Positions 21,366 to 33,315 are shown, numbered from the whole stretch's first letter. The stretch is 61,272 bases of DNA, filler included, from 11 parts of 11 records of this genome joined end to end with filler, not necessarily neighbours in it; one strand, 5' to 3'. Notes: generated from the letters alone by a model not told the origin. Numbers and translations are program-made.

Positions 21366-22751
21366 TTATTGTTCTTCTATACTTACTTGCCATCGGAAAG
21401 TCGGCTTATGCGCGACACTCGATCGGGTCTCCTCCATTCGGTCGTTACCATGATTCAAGTGATTCCATGCGGGCATCAGGAGTCCTGCGGACTTACCGTT
21501 CTCTCGGGCTTTCACGTAGCTGTCTCTCGCCACTCTGCCACATTTTGTCCAATTGATTCCTTTCACTGACGACAAGACAGATACGCCGCCCCAACCCAAA
21601 CAATTGGGCTCAAAAACCGTCGGTGCAAGTGCAAACATTGGTCTAGAACAGGCATTGCTCGTTTGCAGCAGCATCGAAAATCGGCTATCGCTTTGCACGA
21701 TCATTTCAAGCTCTTCGCATAGGCGGGCATTGAACCCTGGAAGCATGCTGCCACCCCCGCACACCACAATGTGTGCCGCCAGTTCAATCCTCAGCTCTCG
21801 CGGGGCTGCGAGCAAAGCTTTTAGCACCAGCTCTGGAATTGAGTCACAGTCCGAGTTGCATGACGAGAAAAGCAACTCTGACGCTTGATCTACCAGGCCA
21901 GCTACCTCCACTGGCTCCCCAAAAAGCATCGTCTGGTTCTCGGATTCTCCATCCTCCTCAGCTGCCCTGGAGCGTACTCGCAACAGCATCGCCTTCACGT
22001 CCTGGACGCGGTCGCTTGACAGCTCAGGGTTGGCTTCCTGGGACACACATATCTCAATTCAGGGTGCAGTCATTTGCGTGGACTACCTGTATCAGGCGAT
22101 CAACCGCCCCCGCCGCAGTTTGAGTGCAGCACATCGTGTGGTAGAGCGCCGCTCCGTCAACTACTGCCACACAACTCGAGTCGCGCTGTCCTACATCGAG
22201 CACCAGGCCAAGCTCCAGCCCGGTGGCGTGCACCTGTGTGCTGATTAGACACAGTGACACCCATCACGCATTATTTGAATCTTTGCTAGGTGTGGCGCCT
22301 ACCGCGGCCACAGGATGAGGCACTGGGGTCACTGACGGCACTGACAGCCGCAACAGGAGCCCATCCAGCAGCACCTCTCGACTGGTGTCCGTGGTGAGCA
22401 ACCCCTCCAGCACGAACACCGGCGTGTCCGCCGGATTCACCTGCAGCAGGCTGCGGCGGCTCAGCTCATCGGCCCAGCCGAAGCGCACTTGAAGAACACG
22501 CGGCGGAGGAACTTTTCGCAAACAACGTCGTCGCCGGTGGCTGCAGCTGCCGCGAACCTGCCCGGCGTCACCCGGAGGCAGCACTGGCCGGCGGCGGACT
22601 CGGACTCCGCCGGGGTGCGGATGATGTGGCGCGGGCCCGACTCGCCCGCAAACCCGACTTTGGTGTGGAACCCGCCGAATTCTATCACGCACGAGCGCTC
22701 CAGTTGGAGCCCCCCGAATCCTGAGGCTGACGCGGAGGAGGTCGGTTCCAT
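21366..22751 (-). CDS. ACTR10: Actin-related protein, Arp10/Arp11 (dynactin) type
   Basis: VIEFGGFHTKVGFAGESGPRHII, LQVNP..VFVLEGLL, VPSV, LVLDVG and LAAHIVVCGGGSMLPGF. Multi-exon. Confidence 0.75.
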
Positions 22752-22783
22752 AAGCTGCCCCGGGCCGAAGCCGGGAGGTCGTT

Positions 22784-22819
22784 GGTTTGAGAGCACCACG
22801 CCCGGGTTTGAGAGCACCA
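22784..22819. promoter_or_regulatory. 15-bp direct repeat in the 74-bp ACTR10/ALG2 divergent promoter
   Basis: GGTTTGAGAGCACCA at 22784-22798 and 22805-22819. Confidence 0.55.
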
Positions 22820-22825
22820 GCCGAG

Positions 22826-24812
22826 ATGCTTGGCTGGTTGTTCTGGACCAGCCTGGGCTGCTCGGCCGGGGTGGTTCTGCTGCTGCGGATGCAGCGGCGA
22901 CCGCCCCAGCGCACCGGCTCCTCTCAGGGCCTTCGCGTGGGCTTTGTGCACCCGGACCTGGGGATCGGCGGTAGCGCCAGACGCACCGGCGGGCTGCCCT
23001 GATGGTGCGCGGTGCTCTTCAGGTGCAGAGCGGCTTGTTCTGGACGCCGCTTTGGCACTGGTGTCGAAGGGCCATCAGATCACCATCTACACAGCGCATC
23101 ACGACCGAAAGCATTGCTTCGAGGACTCGCTCGCCCTGGACATCCGGTGCTGCCTGCGCCCGGCCCGGCTGTCGCTGACATCGTGCACAGTGTGTACGGC
23201 GACTGGCTGCCCCGGCACCTGTTCGGACGTTTTGTTGCCGTGTTTGCCTACATGCGTATGGTACTCTGAGTCGTGGCCGGCCGTACCCGATTGCGTATGC
23301 AGGTTTACGCCTCACTGGCGCTGTGCCTGATTGGGGAGCCATGCCACCTCATTCTGTGCGACCAGATCTCAGCCTGTATCCCAGTAAGCGGTCAGGGCGG
23401 GGCGGCCCGCTCAGCAGGCTGCAGGTGCTCCGGCTGACCCGGGCCAAGGTGCTCTTCTACTGCCACTTCCCTGACAAGCTGCTATCAATGTACGCCAACT
23501 GTGCTGAGCTGTCCTGATCCCAAGATGCGGCAGCGGACGTGCCTCCCTGGTCAAACGGATCTATCGCTGGCCGATTGACACGCTGGAGGAAGTCACCACA
23601 GGCGCCACACCACTGCAATCGCAGCTGGCTTTCTCACCCGGCTTTGTGCGTGGCAGGAATGGCCCACAGGGTGCTAGTGAACAGTCAATTCACACGGGAC
23701 ACAGTCGGAGGGGCATTCTTGTCACTCAGGCAGCATGGGATTGCAGTGCTGTATCCTGCTGTCAATGTTAGTTCACTTCAACAGGAACAAGGTGATCGAA
23801 CTAGACTTAATATCAGTTTCTATTGGGATGGCAACACGATCAAATAATTAATGCTCGTGCAGGTGTTTGCCCTGAAGTTAACACACTTGGTAGCGGCGCT
23901 ATCCTCTCTGTCAACCGTTTTGAGCGCAAGAAAAACATCAATCTTGTGGTGAGTTGTCGAGACACCGGTCAGAACTCTGTGAGCACTTGTGTGCAGATGC
24001 GGGCCTTTAGTCAACTCCGGACCAAAATGGGTCAGGATCGGTTTGCAGCTCAACGGCTGGTCATTGCTGGTGGATACGATCCCCTGAATTCTGAGAACCG
24101 CAGTGTGTTCAATGAGTTGGTGGCTCTAGCTGAGGTGGTTGATTTATTGTCTGCAATGGATTGAGCTGGGATGGTTACAGGCGGGTGGCTTTACATGGTG
24201 TGTGCTTCTCGCGGATGATTCCAAGATTCCTCGTGAAGGCCCACTCGAAAATGCCAAGGCCAGTGGTGATCCTGAAGCTCAGGTCTGTACCATCTGGCAC
24301 CAGCACTCCAACTGTGTTGCAGGTCTGGTTCATGCCTTCCTTCAGCAACGCACAAAAGGCAGCACTGCTCCACAAGTATGGAGACTGCCAAATTTTGGCT
24401 TTACAAAGTTGGTCTAGGTGTGTGTGTGTGGTGTACTCTCCAGAGAATGAACATTTTGGGATTGTTCCCATTGAAGCCATGGCTGTGTCACGGTACATAG
24501 CCATATTCTTTGAGTTTGACCTTGATGCAGGCCAGTGGTGGCATGCAACAGTGGAGGACCAAGGGAGACAGTGATTGATGGCACAACAGGGTAACACTTA
24601 CAAGGGTTGCGTTGAATGAGGCATGCATGCGCAGATACTTATGCCCTCCAGACGAGAATGACTTTGCAGATGCATTGTTTAAGATTGTTTCATGCTCAAC
24701 AACTGAGCAACAAAGGATGCGGGACGCATGTCGAGAACATGTAGTTAAGCGGTTCGGCTTTGATGTGTTTGCTGAGCATTTGAACGCAATTGCGCTTGAA
24801 ATGTGCGCATGA
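22826..24812 (+). CDS. ALG2: Alpha-1,3/1,6-mannosyltransferase ALG2 (GT4), 13 introns traced
   Basis: HPDLGIGGAERLV, VYGDWLPR, LFYCHFPDKLL, EEVTTGMA, VNSQFT, LSVNRFERKKN, IAGGYD, EHFGIVPIEAM and NSGGPRETV. Confidence 0.95.
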
Positions 24813-25003
24813 TTAATGATATGGGCATGCAGTGCCTGCAAAGAAGTGTACCGGCTTGAGGACCGGTAATATTCCGGTACCGGTAGAGATACGCCCTTAA
24901 TACGCCCTCCAAACTTTATACCGGTACAAGTGCTAAAACATTGGTCTAATTTATCAGTAAGTTCATTATTGATCTAAGAATAGTGCAAATGTTGTATGCA
25001 AAC

Positions 25004-25640
25004 TTAAGAAGCGCCCAGCTCTTTTTTAGCATTGCTACTAGCCTTTGAATTCCAGTTTGAATCGTACTCAGGCATGAGTTCTAGCAATTGATCAAGTTCT
25101 TGCTGATTGTCATCAGGTTTGTGCATGCCTGTGCGTTTAACTCAGCCCACACCCAAATGCTGACACGTTATACCCGGAGAGGGTTGTTCACATTGCTCAC
25201 TGTCGCTTGCATCATCATCATCATCATCAAAGACAAATTCGTCCGCTTCAAGCAGTGCAAGGGAATTACACTGATGATGCCGTCTCGTCTCAAATTGCGA
25301 GGGCCTATCAAATTGTAAGATGCACTATGCAGGGAGGGAGTCGCGACCGATTATCATTCGTGCTTGATGCTAATAACCTGTTATCTCCGCAGGTGTCTTC
25401 CTCCTCTATATAGCGGCCCTGAAGAACAGTTAGCAATTAATTTGCTGCACAAAGCCCTAAGTCACCAAGCTCTCTATTGCGTCCGTGTAAGAGGCTCTCA
25501 TTGCAACTGATGTTGGATGCTCCTCACCAAAACATTCGTTGCATACTTTTGAAGCCTACGGCCTGCAGTGGGCGCAGAGCATAGGCACAGTCGCTCACCC
25601 GCTCATCGCCTCGGCGTTCACCCTTTCACAGCCATGTGAT
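25004..25640 (-). CDS. Probable 3' exons of a truncated gene (FGEEHP motif, poly-Asp tract)
   Basis: Plausible GT-AG introns join CFGEEHPTS.. and FDDDDDDASDSE..LGAS*. The (CAT)n microsatellite near 25210 would be this poly-Asp. Confidence 0.35.
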
Positions 25641-25684
25641 GCTTATTTAGTTTTATTTTTTTTTTTGAAGCAATAGGCGTTTAA

Positions 25685-25784
25685 NNNNNNNNNNNNNNNN
25701 NNNNNNNNNNNNNNNNNNNNNNNNNNNNTTAATTAATTAANNNNNNNNNNNNNNNNNNNNNNNNNNNNNNNNNNNNNNNNNNNN
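25685..25784. other. Artificial contig linker
   Basis: N44-TTAATTAATTAA-N44. Confidence 0.98.
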
Positions 25785-26186
25785 AGCTCGAACAGATAAT
25801 TATAGAAACGGAGGAAGAAGATGTATTGCGGCCATGTGGTGCTACGCGTTGCTTCAATAAATAAGCACAAAATTGACATAGCCTACAGGTGCTGCGGGTC
25901 ACTCAGATAAGTTGCTCTCTTACTCCGCGCTCTTGTGCAATTGCAAGGGCCGCTATACAATGACTTATGTCATACTTAGCCGCTATTGCTCGTCCAGCGC
26001 TAGCAGTGAGTGACTGTGTGAGTAGAGTGTGAGCTTATTCAATTTCGTTCATTCACGGTTGGCAGGCAGAGAGTGCGACCCCCTGGTTTACCGGTAAGAC
26101 CGCCCATGATTGCAACATGTGTACACGTGTAATAAGTAACATTAATTATGTACGTACAAGTTCGAATTCTACAATAACCACTGAAT

Positions 26187-28470
26187 CTACATTGAATCAA
26201 GTCCTGCAGTAGACGCCTTTCGGACAGAAGTGTCTCCCTTGACAGTCTGCGCTGCTGTTTTTGCTGTTTCTGCTTTGCTTTCGGCAACGACTGGCTTGTT
26301 TGCAGTGGCTCGCCGCAGTAACGAGACTGTATTCACCACTTTTGCAACTGCATGCGCCTTTAACCAGTTAGAGCTCTTGGATCCAGCTTTACTCTTCGAG
26401 TAGTCCACCTTCAATGCACCAGTAAGGGTTGGCTAACAGGCCAGGGCGAAAGTGCATACCAGCAAGTCGCGGAACTGTGGCCAGACTTCCATAACTTCAT
26501 CAAAGGCATCCTTTGAGAGCACAAGCATATCGCAGAATGTGGTTGCCCGGACTGTGGCATTTCGTCTCGTGCCACGAAGTGTGGCTTGTTCACCAAAGAC
26601 ATCGCCGGCTTTCAGTGTGGCAACATAACGTTCATGGAACTGCTGTTCTCCGGTGCTCACTCGGTTGTAGAAGTCTTCGCTAGTTTCATCATACTTTGTT
26701 ACTGTGGCACTTCCGATAGCATACATAATGATTCCAAGCAAAATCATAAGTAATGAAAAGATATGCTCCAAAAACGTCACCTGGACACTCAAGCAAATGA
26801 GTAGGCTCCGCCGAGCCAGGGAAAATTCACCGGCTCAATATCACGTCCGATTCCAGTGGTGACCATGACAGCCCAGAAGAATGCAGCAACGTACTGGGTG
26901 CCCATCGAGGTATCGCCGCCATATGCAGGGTCCCAGAGCAGCCGAATGGGCATCCAAGTATTCTTTTCAGCATTCCATTCCTCTCCCTCTTCTCCTCTCC
27001 CTCGCCCAAAGTCCTCGTAAACGCAAATTGTCCAGTAGGCGCACGCAATCCAGTGCCATACTACCAGCAACGCGCCAAACAGCTGGACAAGCCGTAGCAC
27101 CGAGGGATTGATGTCAAAGCCGACGGTGATCCGCTTCATGATGCGAACAATTCGAAATACGCGGAGCAGCTTAAAAATTCGGAGCAGCTTCAGCAGCTTA
27201 TTGACTGAGCCGCTCCCCTGCAGGAACAGATCGATTGGAACGCTAGCGATGACATCCACACAGAACCATGTCTTGAGATACTCCTTTGCCACTTCGGAGT
27301 TCGATGTGACCATGGTGCCTTCGCGTTCAAATGCAGTAAAAAAGTTGAGCACAATGTCAGCAATGAATACGGCATTGCAAATCTGATCAAAGACAAATAG
27401 TCCAAGCGATTCGGTTTCTGTATCCCAAGCCACACGCATCGGGACTGACATGCCGTAGTACACCACTAACAGCATGATCATCAGATCCCATCTGAGTCTG
27501 AAGGTGGAGTCGGGCCTAATTACGCATCCATCAGCGTGATCACTAGGAGTTGGCGCCATTGCATCATCCCACTCCATGAACTCGTCTAACATGTCGTCGC
27601 CCCACTCGATGCTCTTCCGTTTGTCATCTTGACCTTTCTCGTCCTGCTTAGTCTTAGGAACTTCCTTACTCCCCAGCCTCTTTGTGACTTGTGGCTTGTC
27701 CTTGGGCAGATCAATCTTTGGGCGGGATTGAGTCGAATCATTCTTGGGAGTCCCTGGATTGAATGTCACTTGGAGTGCCTTTCGGCGGTGCTCTCCCCCG
27801 GCAGCAGTGCCCTCCTCCCGCAATGGTTTCTCTGCGCGTGGTCGGAGGTCTTCGAGCTGAGTGGGTGAGAGTGGGTGACGTGGCTCTGGTGCAACCTGTG
27901 CTGGCTCTGCTTTTGGTGGTGCACTGAACCAATTCTGCTCTGCCAGTCTGTTCCGCTCGATTCGAGGCACCTGCACCAGTTGGGTCGGCCAGAGGCCCAC
28001 CGCTGCACACCTCGGCGGTCGGCAGGCTTGCCGCCCCGAACCATCCAGCCCTCGGGCTTTCTGGTGCTGGTGCGATCTTTGCAGAGATGCCCTGTTGTGA
28101 GGTAGGCATCACGGCGGTGGGCAGGGCTATCAATGGCCGAGGGCTCATCGGGCTCATCGGCCCCTGAGCGAGCGAGGCCGGCGGCTGAGCCATCTGGCGC
28201 AGGAACCGGCCCGCGAATCGGGACTCCCATATGGCCTGCTTGCTGCCCGGGAAGTGAGCGGCCAGCGGACCGGCCGGGCACCGTTGATTCTTGTTCAGCA
28301 CCTGTTGGAACGCCATCTGGTTGAGCGTATCCCGCCGGGCATCGGGTGTGTTGCCGTCGGACCGTATGCTCCTGCCTCCGACTGCCGGGGGCCCAGCCAG
28401 GGGGGGGCGACCGTCGTATCTCGCGAGTGCGCTGGTTCTGCATGAGCAGGTGCGTGTGCACGAACGGCAT
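26187..28470 (-). CDS. 6-TM cyclic-nucleotide-binding-domain cation channel (EAG/HCN/CNG-like), C-linker missing
   Basis: VIRPDSTFRLRWD, DIVLNFFTAF, YLKTWFCVDVIASVP, S4 LLKLLRIFKLLRVFRIVR, HWIAC, pore FFWAVMVTTGIGRD, and CNBD GDVFGE..RRNATVRATTFCD. Start inferred. Confidence 0.85.
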
Positions 28471-28921
28471 CGCGGCAGCCCGTGCCGCCGCCTCGCGCCT
28501 TGGGCTGACCGGTCCCGGTTCATCTGTCACGTGCCCGCTGTGCAGTCGGATGAAGCTGTAAACGGAAGCGATGCAAGGACACTGGGGAGACTCGATCGGC
28601 AAGCACGCCGGCGGGTAGCCCCCGCGGGCTGCGGCTGCCGGCTCAGCTGGACCCGGCAGGTTCAACCTGCCCGGGCTGACTCCCACCGAATCCCGCCGCA
28701 AGCCGCACGACGCCAGCATCGGGAGCCCCGTCAAGGCACCGCCCACCCGTCCCGCCTGAGCCCGCCGGCAGCGCGACCGCGGCCCGTCCAAGAGCCGGCT
28801 GTCGGGGTGCCCCCTCGGACCGGCCCTCCGGCCCAGCGGGCGGGGCAGTCGGGAGGGCTCGAGTGGCTCGCGAGGCAACTCGTCGGCGAGCTCGCCGCTG
28901 TGGGGCTCGCAGGGAGGGCTA

Positions 28922-30444
28922 ATGCTGCAGGCGCCCGACTGGCCAGGCGCCCAACGGCTCATCGTCCCGGCGCAGATCGGCGGCGAGCCGGCAGCGGGGG
29001 GCGCACGCCGTGGGTGTGTGCAGGAGCTGCGGAATGCTGTGGACTGGGGAATTGCGGTGCGCAGCGAGGCGGGCAGGCGGGGGGATGGCGAGCTGGGGGG
29101 TGCACAGAATAGGGTCCATGGCGGTGTCGACGCTGGCAGCGTTGCAGGGCCAATCAATGCCGGTGTGGTGGCTGGGCCATCGCTGCACCAGCAGGGGGTG
29201 TCAGGGGCTCCTGTCGAGATTGGGATAATGAGCACCAACGAGGAGCCATCGCCGCAACCGTCGCCCACAGAGCCGATCCAGACCGACATAGCGGAGGAGA
29301 TCGATCAAGTGGGGACGGTGACAGCCAGGTGTTGCAGTCTGGCTGAGTCGACAGGGCAGGTTTCGAGTTCGACAGTGCAGTGGCGCTGGAAGCGGGGAGC
29401 AATGATAGGATCAGGATCCTACGGTGCAAACAATTGGGGAGCAGCAAGCTGACTGGGGATAGGCCGGGTGTATCTCGGGATGAATTTAGACACTGGTGAG
29501 CTGCTAGCTGTTAAGCAGCTCGAGTACATGGAGTCTGTCGACACGGTCTGGCCAGCATGCGGCAGGCTCTCAACCTGAGGACAGGACCGCGAGAAGATTG
29601 AGTCATTGGAGCAGGAGGTTGCAATTATGAAAACCCTCAGGCACGAGCTCATCGGCCCTGGTTGAGTCTTTCTGCCAGGCACCCTAACGTTTGTGGGTAC
29701 CTTGGAACTGAGCGCATTCCGGTGCGAGGCGTGCTGGTGGCTGTGGGCACTCACTGACTCGACAGGGCGACTCGCCGGGGACTAAGATACTTAATATTCT
29801 GTTGGAGTACGTCCCTGGCGGTGCCCAGCCACACCCTCTGGGTCGGCAAGCCTGGACTAGGTTCAATTAGCCAGCTGCTGCGGTCTTTTGGGGCATTTGG
29901 GGAGAAGGTGCAGAAGCGTCAGATCCGGCTGCTGTAGGGCTGGGCCAGGTGATCCAGCATTACACGCATCAGATCATCGAGGGTCTGGAGTACCTGCACG
30001 GCAACAAAGTAGCACATAGAGATGTCAAAGGGGCCAACATCCTGGTGAACAGCACATAGACTGGCATTGAGTCTGATGGCTGCAGGTCACGTCCGACGGC
30101 CGGGTAAAGTTGTCGGACTTTGGGCACTCTAAGCGGCTGGAGAGCACAGTGGCCACGCATAATTTCCACTCCCTCAAGGGAACAGCGTTTTGGATGGCGC
30201 CAGAGGTACCACCGCCCGTCTCTAGGGCAAGTATGATAGGCTTTGGATAGGTGATTAAGCAGGAGGGGCATGGACGGAGGGCGGACATTTGGAGCGTCGG
30301 TTGTACAGTGGTGGAAATGGCCTCCGGTGCGGACTTGCTTGTACTAGGAGCTCCTGGACTTACCCATGTGTTAGGCAAACCACCATGGTCCGAGTTATCT
30401 AACCAGTTGACGGCAATGTTTACTATTGCCACTAGTGAGGAACC
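28922..30444 (+). CDS. STE11/NPK1-type MAP kinase kinase kinase, 3' end truncated
   Basis: [63 protein letters not shown] and GKPPW. Many short introns. Start uncertain. Confidence 0.92.
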
Positions 30445-30544
30445 NNNNNNNNNNNNNNNNNNNNNNNNNNNNNNNNNNNNNNNNNNNNTTAATTAATTAA
30501 NNNNNNNNNNNNNNNNNNNNNNNNNNNNNNNNNNNNNNNNNNNN
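30445..30544. other. Artificial contig linker
   Basis: N44-TTAATTAATTAA-N44. Confidence 0.98.
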
Positions 30545-31442
30545 ACAACCGGCTCCGGGCGCTGCACGGGGCGGCCCCGCTCTCTTGGAGCGAACAGTGC
30601 GCCGCGGACGCCACCACTGCCTCCGAGAACTGCGCGACGGCCGGCTCGATGCACCACAACACGCACGACGGACAGGGCCAGAACGTACGCCGCCTGTGCA
30701 GGCCGTGCCTGAGCGGGGGCAGATATGGGCCGGGAGCTACGCCGGTGGGGGCGCCGAGTGCGTGCAGGCCTGGTACAGCGAGCTCGAAGACCCGGGGTAT
30801 GACTTTGAGCAGCACGAGAGTCCAGGCACCGGGCACTTTACTCAAGTCGTCTGGCTCGGCACAACCCACGTCGGAGCCGGCCGGAGCGCCGACGGCAAGT
30901 ACGTCACGTGCAACTACACCCCGCCCGGCAACTTTGTGGGCCAATTCCCGGCCAACGTCCTCCCCGCCGAGCCGGCTGCTCTGCCGGCAGAGGAGCCGGC
31001 CGAGGAGCCGGCCGAGGAGCCGGCAGAGGAGCCAGCGGAGGAGCCGGCGGCCGAGCCAGAGCCGGCAGAGCAGCCTGTGTCGGAGGAGCAGGCGGAGGAA
31101 GCGCCAGTGGTAAAGGAGCCGGAGCCGGAGCCGGTGGGGGAGCGTGCAATCGAGGGGGTGGCTCTGCTGCAGGCAATCAACATTGCGCTGATGGTGCACC
31201 AGCCAGCCGACCCGAAGGGGTTCATGGTGGATCGCCTGGCCGGGGACTGGCGGGAGGAGCGGCAGACCGACTTGCACAAGCTGTACGAGATGTTTGACCC
31301 CGTGGGACTCGGCCGGATCACAAGGGCGCAGTTCAGCACCGTGCTAACTGCGCTGGGGGTGGCCGCAGCTGACGAGCCGGACGAGGTGGCCCCGGTGTCG
31401 CAGGAGCAGTTCCTCTCTAAGCTGGACGCGGCGCTAATGTAA
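30545..31442 (+). CDS. CAP/SCP (GAPR-1-like) domain + acidic linker + RIIa/Dpy-30-like helix pair + EF-hand, 5' end truncated
   Basis: HNRLRALHG, GQN, AWYSE, TGHFTQVVW, CNYTPPGN, then ALMVHQPADPKGFM and EMFDPVGLGRITRAQF. Confidence 0.85.
30983..31050 (+). repeat. 12-bp coding tandem repeat encoding (PAEE)n
   Basis: About five copies of GAGGAGCCGGCN. Confidence 0.8.
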
Positions 31443-31573
31443 TGACTCTTGCTGTTCGCAACCTATCTGATTTGGACAAAAACTCTTTGAAACGGAGGAT
31501 CAGTCTACTTAAAATGCGGTAAAGCTTACGTATCTCATTTTGTACGATTTATTTTGCGATCACAGGACTAACA

Positions 31574-32500
31574 TTAATCCTTGAACCATCGCCAGTCCTC
31601 GTCATAATCGTCATACTCGGTCTGAAAGTCCCAATTGGCAGCGAACGACACCCGCGGCCCGCTCCCCTCGCAGGTCGGTGAGACTGCATGGCTCAGCCAG
31701 CCCGGGAACACAACCAATTCACCGGCCACAGGCACCAACTCGGCGTACACCACCCAATCGCCCGGCTCGTCCGTTGGCTCGGACGGGGCCATCCAGGGCA
31801 CGTGCCTCTCCTCGTCTGGCTCGCTCTGCGAGATGCCTCGCCCCGGAGTGAGCCGGAACAGCAGGCTCCCACACAGGTGCCCGCTGCCCTCGGGAACCTG
31901 CGCGTACAGCACCGAGGCGAGCGTGGCCTGCGCGTGGCAGTGCAACTGGTTCAGGTCGCCCGGCCCCGACACGTTCACCCACCCGTTCGGCTCTGTCCCC
32001 TCCCGTGGCTCCGGCGCCCCCGCGGCCTCACACTCGGCCGCCGCCACCGCCCGGACGCAATCAGCGGTCAGGCGGCAGAGCTGGCGAGCAGCCGGGCGGT
32101 CGAACATGTCTTGCCGCGAATGGAACCCGCCCAGGTTGGAGAGGTCGAGCCCCGGCTCCCGCTGGCTGCACCCGACCGCCAGCTCGACTAACGAGTCTAG
32201 CGAGCAGCCCAGCTCGAACCTGTGGATCCGGAAGCTGCGGTGGCGGCCTCCGAGCAGCGGGCGCACCAGCGGCTGGGACTGCAGGTGCTGGGCCACCTGA
32301 GGCAGGCTGCACTCCCGCCGGTGCCATACCAGTTCCAGCGGCCTGTACTCGCGCGCGGCCGCGGGCGGCTCGTATGCCTGGGCCACCGCCTGGGCCACCG
32401 CGCGGGCCGGATCCTCAAGCAGCGCGGCCAGCAGCTCGGCCGGCCCCGCCAGGCCCTCAAAGTGCGCGGCCGCCTGCTCGGCCGAGAGCATTTCGTCCAT
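31574..32500 (-). CDS. 2OG-Fe(II) oxygenase (TIGR02466-like, HxH type)
   Basis: SNLGGFHS, WVNV, LHCH, LASVLY, GELVVFPGWLSHAV and RVSFAAN. Intronless, ATG 32500. Confidence 0.85.
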   Translation of the reverse strand: MDEMLSAEQAAAHFEGLAGPAELLAALLEDPARAVAQAVAQAYEPPAAAREYRPLELVWHRRECSLPQVAQHLQSQPLVRPLLGGRHRSFRIHRFELGCSLDSLVELAVGCSQREPGLDLSNLGGFHSRQDMFDRPAARQLCRLTADCVRAVAAAECEAAGAPEPREGTEPNGWVNVSGPGDLNQLHCHAQATLASVLYAQVPEGSGHLCGSLLFRLTPGRGISQSEPDEERHVPWMAPSEPTDEPGDWVVYAELVPVAGELVVFPGWLSHAVSPTCEGSGPRVSFAANWDFQTEYDDYDEDWRWFKD

Positions 32501-32526
32501 GCCGCGGGCTCGGTCCACAGAGAGTG

Positions 32527-32545
32527 TTGCCGTTACTAACGGCAA
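32527..32545. promoter_or_regulatory. Perfect inverted repeat of a Myb-type site
   Basis: TTGCCGTTA-C-TAACGGCAA, 27 bp upstream of the ATG at 32500. Confidence 0.55.
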
Positions 32546-33315
32546 TCCACTGCCAAGTTTGGGCGGCCGTGCTGCTGGGGACAGGCCGCATCTGATATCT
32601 CCGGCGCATCAAGTCACCTCGCCCAGTCCGCAGCCACGAGCTCCGTGCCGCCAGCCGAGCAGGCCGGAGCGCACCGAACCGGGCCGGTCGGTCCGAGCCG
32701 AAGTAGCTTTCCGGCGCCGTGACAAGCCTGATGATGGTACCAGAGCAACTCCCAAGCATGTGCACGCCGCCGCGCTCGCCTCCGTCGACGGGTGCCTTTC
32801 TCAGCCACTTGCCGCAATACTTCAGGAGCCACTACTTCAACAACCGGGCACGAGCCGGCCAACGAGGAGTGAGGCCAGTGGCGCCCAGGGCGCCCGAGGC
32901 CGCCGCCGGGCCAAAGCGTAGCAATGTGATGGTGAAGCGGCGGCGCTGGCTAGTAGGGGCAGAGGACGCCCAGTACAGGCGACACGGCCAAAAGGACACC
33001 ATTTTCCGGAAGCGAGTGAAGAACATCAGCCCGCAGCGGATTCAACGCGACCAGAACTATGTTGTAGCCGGAGTGTCAGCGGGTCTTCTTCAGCAAGTAT
33101 GTGGCTATGATTTCTGCTTGCCCGGGCTTCGGCACCATGAGCCGAGTAACGCGTCGCTGCTTCATAGCCTAAGTTCCGAGCCTGGGGTCAAATTCCATGA
33201 AGTCTCAAAGTCCCTCAGGCTGTCCAAGCTTCGACATCATATGCCTGGTCATCCACTGCCTAGCACACATCCGCCTGTGAAGCGCACTCCTCGGGAGCGG
33301 TTCGGTTTCTTGTCA

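Noticed and set aside
30983-31050. Short tandem repeats as a CRISPR-like array
   Set aside because: They are coding PAEE repeats with no spacers. There is no CRISPR array or cas gene in the window.
32719-33315. Open plus-strand frame upstream of the TPR gene
   Set aside because: Could be extra exons or a small gene, but there is no motif or convincing splice path.
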